From contig OZ076409.1 in the NCBI GenBank assembly GCA_964187785.1, positions 13,208,001 through 13,272,000 on the forward strand: 64,000 nt of DNA, given 5' to 3'. Below, one piece after another: positions 27,301-39,300 of the stretch. Both the position numbers and the translations under genes were made by a program. Position 1 is the first letter of the stretch, and every line of letters starts with the position of its first letter. The notes under the pieces are model-generated. The model was given only the letters and a program-made list of their open reading frames with translations. It was not told where the DNA came from and did not search any database. The stretch comes from Amphiscolops sp. MND2022 (Eukaryota).

Positions 27301-30300
27301 AAATAAAAGCTTTCAATGAACTACCAAGTTTTAAATTTTTTTTTCGAGATGGTCAATGCATATTACTAAAAACTATTGCTAACAAGCCGGGAACGGCCCA
27401 AATCGGCGTCATATCTAAGGCTCAAAAATATTCAAGGAACAACTATTGTAAAATTTTTCAAACATCACACAGTGCCGAAAAATACCCGAAAGGGTTTTCC
27501 CCGAAACTCGAGAAGTTTTTTATCTGAACTGGAAACATCAGAAAAAAACTAACTTGCCTTTGGAAAAAAGTTTCAAAAAAAGTATTTGGTAAAAAAGTCA
27601 CATATTGCCGAAAAACCCAAAGAGAGACTCTTTAGACTCATGAAACGTTTTTTACAAACCGAAATCTTCAATAAAATTCAAGCGGTACCCTTTGAAAGAA
27701 TTGAAAAAGTTTCCAAAAAAGTCGCATAGTGCCGAAAAAACCTAAAGGGGGCCCCCTTTGGTCTTCCCTCTACTTTTGGAAGCATAAGAAAATTTTGTGG
27801 TTTAGTGCGAGACTCACGCTCTTCTGCTTCTCAGACCCCAGAAAATTAGCCGGCCAAAAAGTTGAACAAATGAACAAAAAAGTGGACCGATCGCGTTGAA
27901 CTGACGAAAAAAACTAGTCACTGTAAGAGTCGTACATTTTCTTCGAAAACACCGACTAATCACTATGCTTTTTAAAGCATTTCCACAACATTAGCACTTG
28001 AATAATTCTTTATTGCCACAACTGATAGTTATCATTTTTATCTATCAGCGTTGTTCCGGTTGAACAGAGGGAGAATCAAACTAGTTTAAATCATCAATTA
28101 AACTTGATCTTTTTTTTCGGCACTCGTCTTTCAATTTGGCCTAATTGTCAATGTCGCAATGGAAATTAATCAAGCTGGAAAAGTGTTTCAATTTAGAAAC
28201 GTATTGAGATATTTTAATTTCAGAAGCCCATGTCAGTTTTGGAGTCAATTGTATTGAAATTATCTTATCTTTAAACTTCCTCATTTTCTCCCCATTGAAG
28301 TTTCAACAGTTTAAGCCATGTATTGTTCAAATAAAACAGCGTAATCGATGCTTTTCCATTTGTATATTATTCCGTAACAACCATAACATCTACAGTTGTA
28401 TAAATTCTCCCGAGCATTTCGAATCTGACAATATATTTTTTCTCGAAAATATTGTAAATTGCATTAGTACAGAGCTTGTTCTAAGTTGTTAGATCTCAAA
28501 ATCGCATCTTAATACATGTATTTCCAAGAAAACCTAATTTTCAGCTTCTTTTTTTAAAGATATCTATATCAAAATATATATCGGGCTTCAGTAAAATCAA
28601 AGGGGTCGACTGAACATAAAAATTTGAGCAAAAGCCGACCAAAAATGATAAAAACCCTAATTTTGACCTAAGTTAGGCTAAAAATGGCCTATCGTAGCTT
28701 TTGCAAATTTCATCGCATAATTTTCAAACAAAACATATTTGTAAACTAGATAAAAATCCAACTTGAAGAAATTTTTACTTTTACCATCTTTCAAAATTCA
28801 CAGCATTTTTTGAGATATTCGATTTCGAGAATTGCTTTATGTTGCTTTTTCTAGAATCACTGTTCTATAGATACTTAAATGTATGCAAATTATGATGACG
28901 TATTTTTCAATTGCAGACGGGAGTTCTGACCCTAGCGAGACGGGTGGTAGTGGCAATGACAGAAGTGCTGGAAAATCCCCATTTGGCGCTGCAAGTGGCG
29001 TGAAAAATGCCAACAAGGATGGAAAAAGTGAGGGGGACCCATCAACCATGCATGGATTCACCACGCCTGCAGGTTATTAATTATTCACCCAACCCCCCCC
29101 CCCCCCCCCCGCCTAAAGTCCCTGTTGGGTGATCACATTGACGGCCGCTTTTCTACCCCCACTTGAGGCCAATGCAATTTTATTGCTCTGGCATACTAAT
29201 TCGAACTTCAGCACTTTATCACAGATCGAGCCTTAAAACTCAAGTGGAGCCTTAAGAGAATGCAACCTGTCATTTCACTTGACCTCAAAAGTTCATTAGC
29301 GAAAGAATGCGAAGGAACCTTCTGAAGGCATGATCAAATTACCAATCCAATCAGCACTTGGTTTTTCAGATACTAAGCAATTAAATTTTTCAAACTGAAT
29401 CCCTTGCAAAATGCTGTCCGGCCTTTTCAAGTCTTCCGTGATGCTTTTTTAATGGAATTGATGCCGGTTTTTGAAGCAATTGGAAGAATTCAACTGAGGC
29501 GTGTATTTTTTCAAAATGAAAAACTCTGCGGTCAAAGCATCAAATTCGTGAATTTTTAAATGCAAAGAATCTCATACTCGATTATACATGGAACCATGTG
29601 ATTCCCTGCAATTATTTCATACCGTTTCCATGAATGTAATCGCATTGAACCATATGGTTTAATGAACAGAATTACATGGAAGCCTCATGAATTCGGATCC
29701 GGGAACGTATACAGTTTATGCGAATGGTAAGCTTTTTGTACCGGGCGTTTCACCCGACACGAGTATAGTTGAAATATTCATCATCTCTTGTGGTGGTAGT
29801 TTGTTAAAAAAAAGGTTAGTAACCGATCGAAATTTCCAAAAGTTCGAAATGTCAAAAAATTGGAGCTTTTGAAAATTTGAATTCGTTGGATCAAGGTTTT
29901 CTCCCAAAATCGCAAATGCGCCTCTTAAGCGTTAGTGGGCCAGTCATAAGCGCAACAAGTGATAAGTGCGTTTTTTGGTAAAATCTGATTCACTGATTTG
30001 GATATCATTAGATCCCCAAATACTCGTTTTGTTTGGTACACCAGTTGTTCACATGTCTTGGTGGTTTCTCAATGTTGCACTAGAAGTGTCCATATATGGA
30101 CGGGAGTGGATGACAGTTGATGAATTGAAGTCTGTTGTGCTAGAAAGATACGATTTTGGTCAAGCCAAAACTCCATGAACGCCCATATGTTTCCACTGAG
30201 TCATACTTTAGAGCTCGCATCAGGCCAGTTAGACTTTAATAGTTTTAAGACCTATGCTTCCATCAATAGTAACTTTTTGCATTCGCAATATCAATTCATT

Positions 30301-33300
30301 AAATTATGCGACAGTTCAGCGCGAAACAGATGAAATGATTGTGGATAGTTTTGCTAAAATGTCTGACCATGTTGACTTCGAATGTGAAACTGGTTCAACA
30401 GAATTTATTGAAGTGTAGAAAGTTGACACAAAAACAACGCATATGGCGGAGAAAAGCAAAAACAAAAAGAGCAACGGTGAGCAGTTAGACCTTTGTGACC
30501 TTGAGCAAATCACTTGAGCCGACCATTGCTTGACCTTTTGGCTGCAAATATGGTACCATAACTTGCTATGGGGAGATAGTATCCGAAATGACGCCGACTT
30601 AGAAAAGCAGAATTGCTTATTCGGCGTCCAACCCGCGGAATTGGGGAAATAAATTTTCACACTTTTCTATTGTTATGAACAATTATTAAAATGTGATGAT
30701 TGTCTATGGAATATTGAAAAGTATTGAAACAAAATGCCCAGATATTTTTAGTCGGCGCTTTTATTACAGTCACTCTTTTTTTCTTTATTTTAAGACAGAC
30801 TCGAAGCGACAAATGTTAACGTCTGTTCAGTATGTTCAACTAAAGGAAACTAAACGAATACACGGGAAACGCATCTAAGTTATTCCAAAGAATCCCCTCT
30901 TTGGTTTTTTACTGTTTAAACGTAACCTACAAAACCGGACGGGACTAAAGGATCCCCGCTTTCAATTTTTTCGGCATTGTGCGACTTTTTTTGCTCTTCG
31001 ATTTTATTTGAGCCTTAGATATAGCGCCGGCTTGAGACGTTCCCGTCTTGTTTGTATTTCAGGTTCCTTACCTTTAGATGCAAGTGGCGACTCTAGTGCT
31101 CTAGGTAGCGAAGATCCTCCGGTCAGCATGAAAAACTCGAAGTCCAGTGGTGGCAAGAACCGAATGCTGACTATAACCCTTGTCACTGGAATTCCTTGCA
31201 TCATTTTGGGAGTTTTAGCGGGAATGGGTCTTCTGTATTGCTACGCTTTGCTGAAAGCCAACAAACACTCTAAGGTTTCAAAATCGTCACCCAACGAATT
31301 AATTTATGCACCCATCACTATGGGTAAATCTCCCTCAAACTCGAGTGACACGGCACCTCACCCTGAAAACGCGTACATGTACCAACAGGTCTACGCGCAG
31401 TTTTTACAGGTTGACCCTCAAGAGGAAAAACATTATTCCACCATTGGGTCGGTTCCGTCTGAAAACCATTATGCTGCAAATACACTAATTGGTGCAACAA
31501 TCGGCCCTCCTGAAGGCGGGACTCTGAACAGGTACCCAACCCTGAATCCCCCGGGTGCACCTGTATCCAACGCGGATGGAACGTTTCTCGCTTCGTCTCC
31601 AATCGGCTTTCCGCCACAGACCCACGAAGGATCGTCTATGATGCTAGACAACAACTCGTATCTCTCTCGTGGATTACATCATCATCATCAGCAGCAGCCT
31701 CCGAATGTCGTCAACCAATCAAACGCGAATGGTTCTATGGCAGGAGCCAACAGTCTCACTGTGCTGAATGCCTCCAGCATTAATAATCTGAGCAATTCCT
31801 TCAACCCTAACAACCATATCCAAAACACACATAACAATCAGTACCCTCAACATCACACTGTGGTTCCCGGGGCAAAGGTCAACCCCAGGATGTACCAGCA
31901 GCAGCTGCAGCCGCCCAACAAGAACTCCACCCTGGCTGGCATGTGCAATCTGCCCCAGAGTGTCAGCATGATCAACTACTCCCATTCGCAATTGTAAGTG
32001 CTGGGTCAACTGCAAACTTAAGCCAAGACATTAAGTCATAAGTTTGGGATCCATTATTGAGTCAAGGGTATTATCGTGTGATTGTTTCATTTTGGGTAAT
32101 TTGAGTACCAAAACATAGAACATAGAACTGACGAAATTAGGTGAAATGTTGTTGCTTCACTGGAGAATGCACGAAAGACCCATTTGTTTCAAAGAATAAG
32201 AAAATTAATCTGTCTTCAGTTTAAAATTAATCTACAGTATCGAAGTTGCCTTGGTGTATGAACCTTTTTATCGAACCTTTGGAAACACTTCATAATTTGT
32301 AAGAGCTTAATCAAGATGTTCGACCTATTCTTAGCCAAAGTGGTTTTTTAGTCGACGTTTCATAAAGTGAAAGACGACTATTATAGCGACTATTTCTCAA
32401 TCCACACGAACTGACCAAAATAGTTCTACAAAGTTATACGAAATTTTATGGTGTCAAATTGAATAATTTGGCTCAAGGAATTGAACCAAAAAGGTTATTT
32501 CCTTTTTCAGCGTAACATACAATACCGAGCTAGTCCCCTTTTCAGGTGTTTTCGGCATTGTGAGACTTTTTTCGAAAAAGTTTTCCCCAAAGGGTTGCCG
32601 TTCAATTTTTTTGAAATTTTGCGACAGAATGGATGTTGAAGAATCCCAAAGGGTCCTCCTTTTAGCACCCCGACGCGCCAATTCGGTCCAACGCTTGGGT
32701 TTTTCAGGTACTGTAAAAGAATACTTGACACTTTGAAGTCGTTTTGCTGTTTTTGAGCCTTGGATATGGCGCCAACTTATGCCGTTCCCGGCTTGTTGTA
32801 ACTCTGAATGACGGTTCTAGGAGTCATCCGGGAAACTTGCTCCGAGACAGTAGCCAGTTGCTCACCAAGATTCCGTACGGATCGCAGTACAAGTCAGAAA
32901 CGAAACTATTCCAGCCGCGACCCGGTGTCAACAACACTTACGGGGAGGACTCGGTCAGCTCGAAACTGCTTCTCTTCAACAACTCTAGCAAACAGAACAC
33001 TGCCGCTCCGTTGCCGCCACCATCGCAACAACAACAACAAGCACCGGACAGCTCCAATTTTCCAAGAATCAGAAGACCAACTTCGGTGAAGTACAGCAAC
33101 AAGAATGGAGGAAAGTCACCACCTAACGTAGACCCTCTTTACGGGTCCTCGAACCCTCGGTTCCGGTCGGATTCCCTCGTTCAAAATCCCACTGCGTCCA
33201 CATATCGCTCGGATTTCGAACTGACCAATAATCCGAACTTGCGTAACGGGGGAACCAATGGAAAAAATGGAAATCAGTATCAGCCTGGCAGAACCAGTGA

Positions 33301-36300
33301 GAATCCTCTATACGGAACGAGGGATTATCAATCGCAGGTTAGGAGCTTTATTCTTGAATACCTTGAATAATGAAATTTGAAGTGGGTGTTTTTTGTTCTT
33401 CTGTTCTGTTCTTTGTTATATAATACTTCGTTCACATTCAATGTCCTGTAGGTTTTATTGCATGATCAGATTTAACCCAATAAATCCAGAAGTCGTTCAT
33501 GCGTAGCTTTTAGCTAAATTTGTTACCTCTAAAATTTTATGTTCTCTCAGTCATTAGTTGTGCAAAATTTTCGTTGCTTTCACAATTTAATGGGAATCTT
33601 TATTGTTAACTCGAGCGCTTATAATTCTTCGTCTCTGAAGGAACGGAAAACGTTTGTAAGACTCCCATCAAAAAGATTCTTTTGAAAGGATGAAACCTTT
33701 GATTAGACGCACTCTTTTCAAGGTAAATGCATTTGTTTTTATGGAGCGGAAATCTTCGTTATGGTTTTCAAGTTCTTAATAGTCTAGATATTTTGTCCCT
33801 GGTTTTTATAAATAGGCTGAAATAGGTAAATTGCATTCTATTTTAATGCGGCGTCTAAGTACCAAAGGATCTTAACTCGGCTCTTTGATACAAAGCCTTT
33901 CAAAGCTTCCAAATTTGTCTTAGACGTTTCCAGTTATGATGCAAAAATTGATCCAATATTGCTAAGACATATAGTAACATAATTTCATATATTACGCATT
34001 TCAAAATGCTCTAATAAACCTTGAAATTATTTTGCGGGGATTCATTAACAGCTGAAAAAATGGATAATCTTTTCTGTAGGTCTTTATTTTGCAAACCCGG
34101 AAATTGGCGGAGGTTATTTACTTGCTTTCATGCATTGTACTGAATTAAGGCTTATAGAAATGGTTTCCTGTAGCTTAGTCGCTGTTTTAAAACGGAAATG
34201 AAGAAATTATATTCCAGGAAAACTAAGGCATACATCTATCTATCTACATCTATCTATCTATCTACATATGCAATATAGTACAATATAACAATATACAATT
34301 GCATGAATCATTTACTGGAGTGCCGTAATGGCTGTAAAAATATAGAAAAAATTGAAAATCGTTCGAAATTAATTGCTTTTGTACTCAAACGAATAAAAAA
34401 TGAATCATTTCTATTCTGAAATTCTCTGCCACATTTATGAACAAATTTCGCAGGCCTTGTCAATCATTGCTAACACTTTTTCATGTTAGAATGTCACAAT
34501 ACAAGTATGCGAATGAAAAAATTTTGAATTGTTTTGAAGAGACAGTCAGGAATGTTGTCAGGTGAAAGTCTTTTTGCGCTTCTTTTTCAGGAAACTCGAA
34601 AATTGCCTCTTACTTGACTTGCAAGTTTCCCAAATGCCTCATCAAAGCATTAGTTTCTTGTCACTCTATAAATTCCTAGCGCATTTTAAATTCTAGGGCC
34701 TAGTAGTCAAAAGCAAAAAGGGTTTTCAAATGCTTTCTTTTTTGTTGTCATCTGAGTGATTTACCCAAGGGCAGACATTTTCAGCGATAATTGTATTTTG
34801 TATCTTCTGCTTTCTCACGTCGCCGGCCTAAAAATGCCAGTTTTTTTTCTGAGTAAACGTTTAAAATCGACCCTGAGAAAGTGTTTTTTTGCGTTTTATT
34901 TACCATCATTTTTGTCATTGTACTTTTCCATGTACAAATTAAGAATGCAAGTTTTAAATTTCGAATTGTAATCGTGTCATGAATGTTCTGTGTTGCATGT
35001 GTTCATGTTTTATGTCATACATGCATGCCATGTTAATTCATGCCTGTTCATGCAATGTTAATGCAAGCATGTTCATGCCATGTTAATTCATGCAATGTTA
35101 ATGTTGATGCATGCATGGTGCATGTCCATGCCATGTTGATGCATGCATGGTGCATGTCCATGCCATGTTGATGCATGCATGGTGCATGTCCATGCCATGT
35201 TGATGCATGCATGGTGCATGTCCATGCCATGTTGATGCATGCATGGTGCATATCCATGCCATGTTGATGCATGCATGGTGCATGTCCATGCCATGTTGAT
35301 GCATGCATGGTGCATGTCCATGCCATGTTGATGCATGCATGGTGCATGTCCATGCCATGTTGATGCATGCATGGTGCATGTCCATGCCATGTTGATGCAT
35401 GCATGGTGCATGTCCATGCCATGTTGATGCATGCATGGTGCATGTCCATGCCATGTTGATGCATGCATGTTCATGTCATAATCATGCATGCATGTCCATG
35501 CCATGTTGATGCATGCACGTCGGTGTCATGTTAATGTTCTGTCCCGCATGTTTCAGCAGTCCATTCACCCCGTGTCTCCGCTTCCCCTGTCCCCCATGTT
35601 CCTCCGCCAAGTGGCTCCTCGCAAGGGCCGCTTCTACAGCTCTCCTCGTCCCAACTCCATGTACCAAGACTCTAACATTGACAGTCCCACTCCTACCCCC
35701 ATCCAGTGATGATCATTTCCATGCATTTACACACACTCCTTTTTCATTTAATATTTCGAAATATCTCCTATTTTTTTATCGTTTTCTAAAATATTGCTCT
35801 ACTTATCGAAAAGGACCGTGTGTACTGAAATCACGAACATATATCATGCAGGAACCTTTGGAGTCCATTTTGTTGTATAGGGGTAAAGTCGGGAACGTTT
35901 CATGAAAAGGTGTCATTACCGCTGCAAGCTGCAGAGCCCCTTGCAGTGTCAATAACGGTCCTATGAGATTGTAATAAAAACAAGACGCCCGCTGACCAGC
36001 GGGATATTTTCCGCCCCAAATCTCTTCGAAAAAGACTACTGGACAACAAATTTGTTCCTTGTTGACTCTTTTCAACATTCCAATCTACGAAGTCTGTCGA
36101 AAATTTGACAAAAATTGCATAAAAAACTTTTGGAAAATTTTAAAATTTTAGGTTTTTTGTCATTTTCGGTTTCAATTTGATATATTTTTCATTTAGAAAA
36201 CAGTCATTATCTCTTCGGAAAAGCATACTGGACAACGAATTCCTGCCATTCCTGTCACGTTAAGCGTTTTCAACATTCTAATCCACGAAGTCTATCGAAA

Positions 36301-39300
36301 ATTTGACAAAAATTGCATAAAAACGTTAAAAATCGAAAAATTTTGGAATTTTTTTTATCATTTTTGGGGTAATTTTTTTTGAAAAAACGCATTTATCTCC
36401 TTAACGAATACTATTGGACAACGAGTTCGTGCCTTGTTGAACGTTTTCAACATTCTAATTCACGATGTTTATCGAAAAAATGACAAAAATTGCATTAAAA
36501 CGTTAAAAGTCGAAAAATTTTGGAATTTTTGTCATTTTTTTGGTAATTTTTCTTTTAAAAAACCGCATTTATCTCATCAAAATACTATTGGACAACGAAT
36601 TCGTGCCTTGTTGAACTTTTTCAACATTCTAATCGACGATGTTTATCGAAAAAATGGCAAAAAATACATGAAAACGGTGAAAATTGGGGAAGTTTTGAAT
36701 TTTTGTCATTTTCGGGGTCATTTTGGGTCATTATGGGGTCATTTCCGTCATTCCCAAAAAAGTCCAAAAATCTTTACAAATACATATCGCATGGAACTAA
36801 ATTTATGTCAGTTGAATTCTGTGAATGTACTTCTTCATGTTACGTAAACAATAATAATTCTTGGCAAATTTTGTAAAAAAAAAAACCCGTTTGATTTAAA
36901 TATTTTCCTTTCCCATATGAAATATGGGCGGAAAATAATAAAACATCAGCAAGTGGTGGATAATTCATTAAAAAGAGAACAACGTAACACAAATTTCATT
37001 GATCATCGCATAAAAAAGGATGCATCCATGGTTTCCCTTATGAATCTCTTTTAATTAACAAAACCGCTGTCCGGACATTTGCTACCAGGACTACAGCAAA
37101 ACCATATTCAGTTTGAAGTGCAGGCTAGGGGGCTTTTATAACGACCTTGAATGGTAGTTGATTTTAATGTCGGTATAAAAAGTGTCGTTATATTGTCGTT
37201 ACAAGCATTTGTTCTATGACAGGAATTTGGAAAATGGTCGTTATAAACGCTCGTCGTTATAAAGCACTCCGTTATAAACATCCCCTACTGTACATGTATT
37301 CGTACAGTTATTTTGTCATTATATATAATGCTTTTTGATGAAACCCATTTTTCTGAATTTTCGCTTCAAGAAATAAAATTTATAGCCTAATCCATTTAGA
37401 ACAGTTTGGGTCTACCGGAATATCTGAATTTTTGCCTTAAATAATAATATTAATTATGTTTTAACATTGAGGAGTATTTAAGTCGAAAATTCACTCTTCT
37501 GAAGGTAGTTCCACTAAGGTAGATCATAATGAACGTTTTGGTCTTCTTTACGTTTTGGCCGCTAACTTAAACCGCTAACAAGACGCCCGCGGACCAGCGG
37601 GATATTTTCCGCCCCTAATCTCTTCGAAAAAGACTACTGGACAACAAATTTGTTCCTTGTTGACTCTTTTCAACATTCCAATCTACGAAGTCTGTCGAAA
37701 ATTTGACAAAAATTGCATAAAAAACTTTGAAAATTGGAAAATTTTGGGTTTTTTGTCATTTTCGGTTTCAATTTGATATATTTTTCATTTAGAAAACAGT
37801 CATTATCTCTTCGGAAAAGCATACTGGACAACAAATTCCTGCCATTCCTGTCACGTTAAGCGTTTTCAACATTCTAATCCACGAAGTCTATCGAAAATTT
37901 GACAAAAATTGCATGAAAACGTTAAAAATCGAAAAATTTTGGAATTTTTTAATCATTTTTTTGGTAATTTTTTTTTAAAAAACCGCATTTTCTCTTCAGA
38001 ATACTATTGGACAACGAATTCGTGCCTTGTTGAACGTTTTCAACATTCTAATCCACGATGTTTATCGAAAAAATGACAAAAATTGCATTAAAACGTTAAA
38101 AGTCGAAAAATTTTGGAATTTTTGTCATTTTTTGGTAATTTTTTTTTAAAAAAACCGCATTTATCTCTTCAGAATACTATTGGACAACGAATTCGTGCCT
38201 TGTTGAACGTTTTCAACATTCTAATCGACGATGTTTATCGAAAAAATGGCAAAAAATGCATGAAAACGGTGAAAATTGGGAAAGTTTTGAATTTTTGTCA
38301 TTTTCGGGGTCATTTATGGGTCATTATGGGGTCATTTCCGTCATTCCCAAAAAAGTCCAAAAATCTTTACAAATACATATCGCATGGAACTAAATTTATG
38401 TCAGTTGAATTCTGTGAATGTACTTCTTCATATTACGTAAACAATAATTCTTGGCAAATTTTGTAAAAAAAAACCCGTTTGATTTAAATATTTTCCTTTC
38501 CCATATGAAATATGGGCGGAAAATAATAAAATCACTGAAAAATTTATGTGCAGCCGCTAATTCGCTAGATTGCTGATTAGCGGTGTCAAAACTCTGACAT
38601 AAATCATTAAATGAAACAAACAAACATGGTCATCACTGCTTCATCAATCAACAGCGAGCATCATCAAATCCCACAGAACTCATCCCCCTACTTTGTACCT
38701 GCGTCTCCCACGGACCCATACATGGAAAAGCGGTTTGCATCCTCCTCCGTTCGTTTTTCTGACAATCAGCTATATGGTGCAAGTGCACCCATGCATGTTA
38801 ATGGTGAAGCCATGCATGCTAATGGTGCAGGGACTGCTCTGTCCAAAGGTGTCAACGGGAGTGTGGGTGTCATATCTAAAGGTGTGGGTAAACATGTGAG
38901 TAATGACACACCTGCTGTCGATGGTGCTGATAATGTCCCCACCGCCAGGCTTCGAGTGCCGCTCAACCGACAATCTAATCGCATGTCATGTCTAAGACAC
39001 ACAATGTATTGGGATCCAACAACCATTCATAAGTAATTCCGTTTCTAACACTCCAAATTTAACACGCCAATCAGTTTCCAGCACTCCCAACCAATGGTTT
39101 GATCGCTGCACAAATTCAGCGCTACCGCTACTAGCTATCGCTTCTTTGCTATTATCGCCATCGCGTCCGCTATTGTTGCAAAATTGTTTTCGCAAAGTCT
39201 TTCTCTTTTTGAAGATAAAACTTTTGCTGTATACCTGCAATGACTTTTCCATGAATTCCAGATCCTCATTCTGAGGAGGAATTTTTAAATGCTTTTCAAA

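Noticed and set aside
31008..31062. ORF-track N-terminal extensions of exons 8 and 9 (MSLRYSAG..., MLFLSLGYG...)
   Set aside because: These lie in HINE 3' ends upstream of the splice acceptors and are intronic.
35048..35504. His/Met/Cys-rich repetitive ORFs on the minus strand
   Set aside because: Translations of the 32-bp minisatellite; open in all three frames because the unit lacks stops.
35951..35967. ATAACGGTCCTA resembling the I-CeuI/LSU rRNA site
   Set aside because: Only a 12-nt match with no flanking rRNA similarity.
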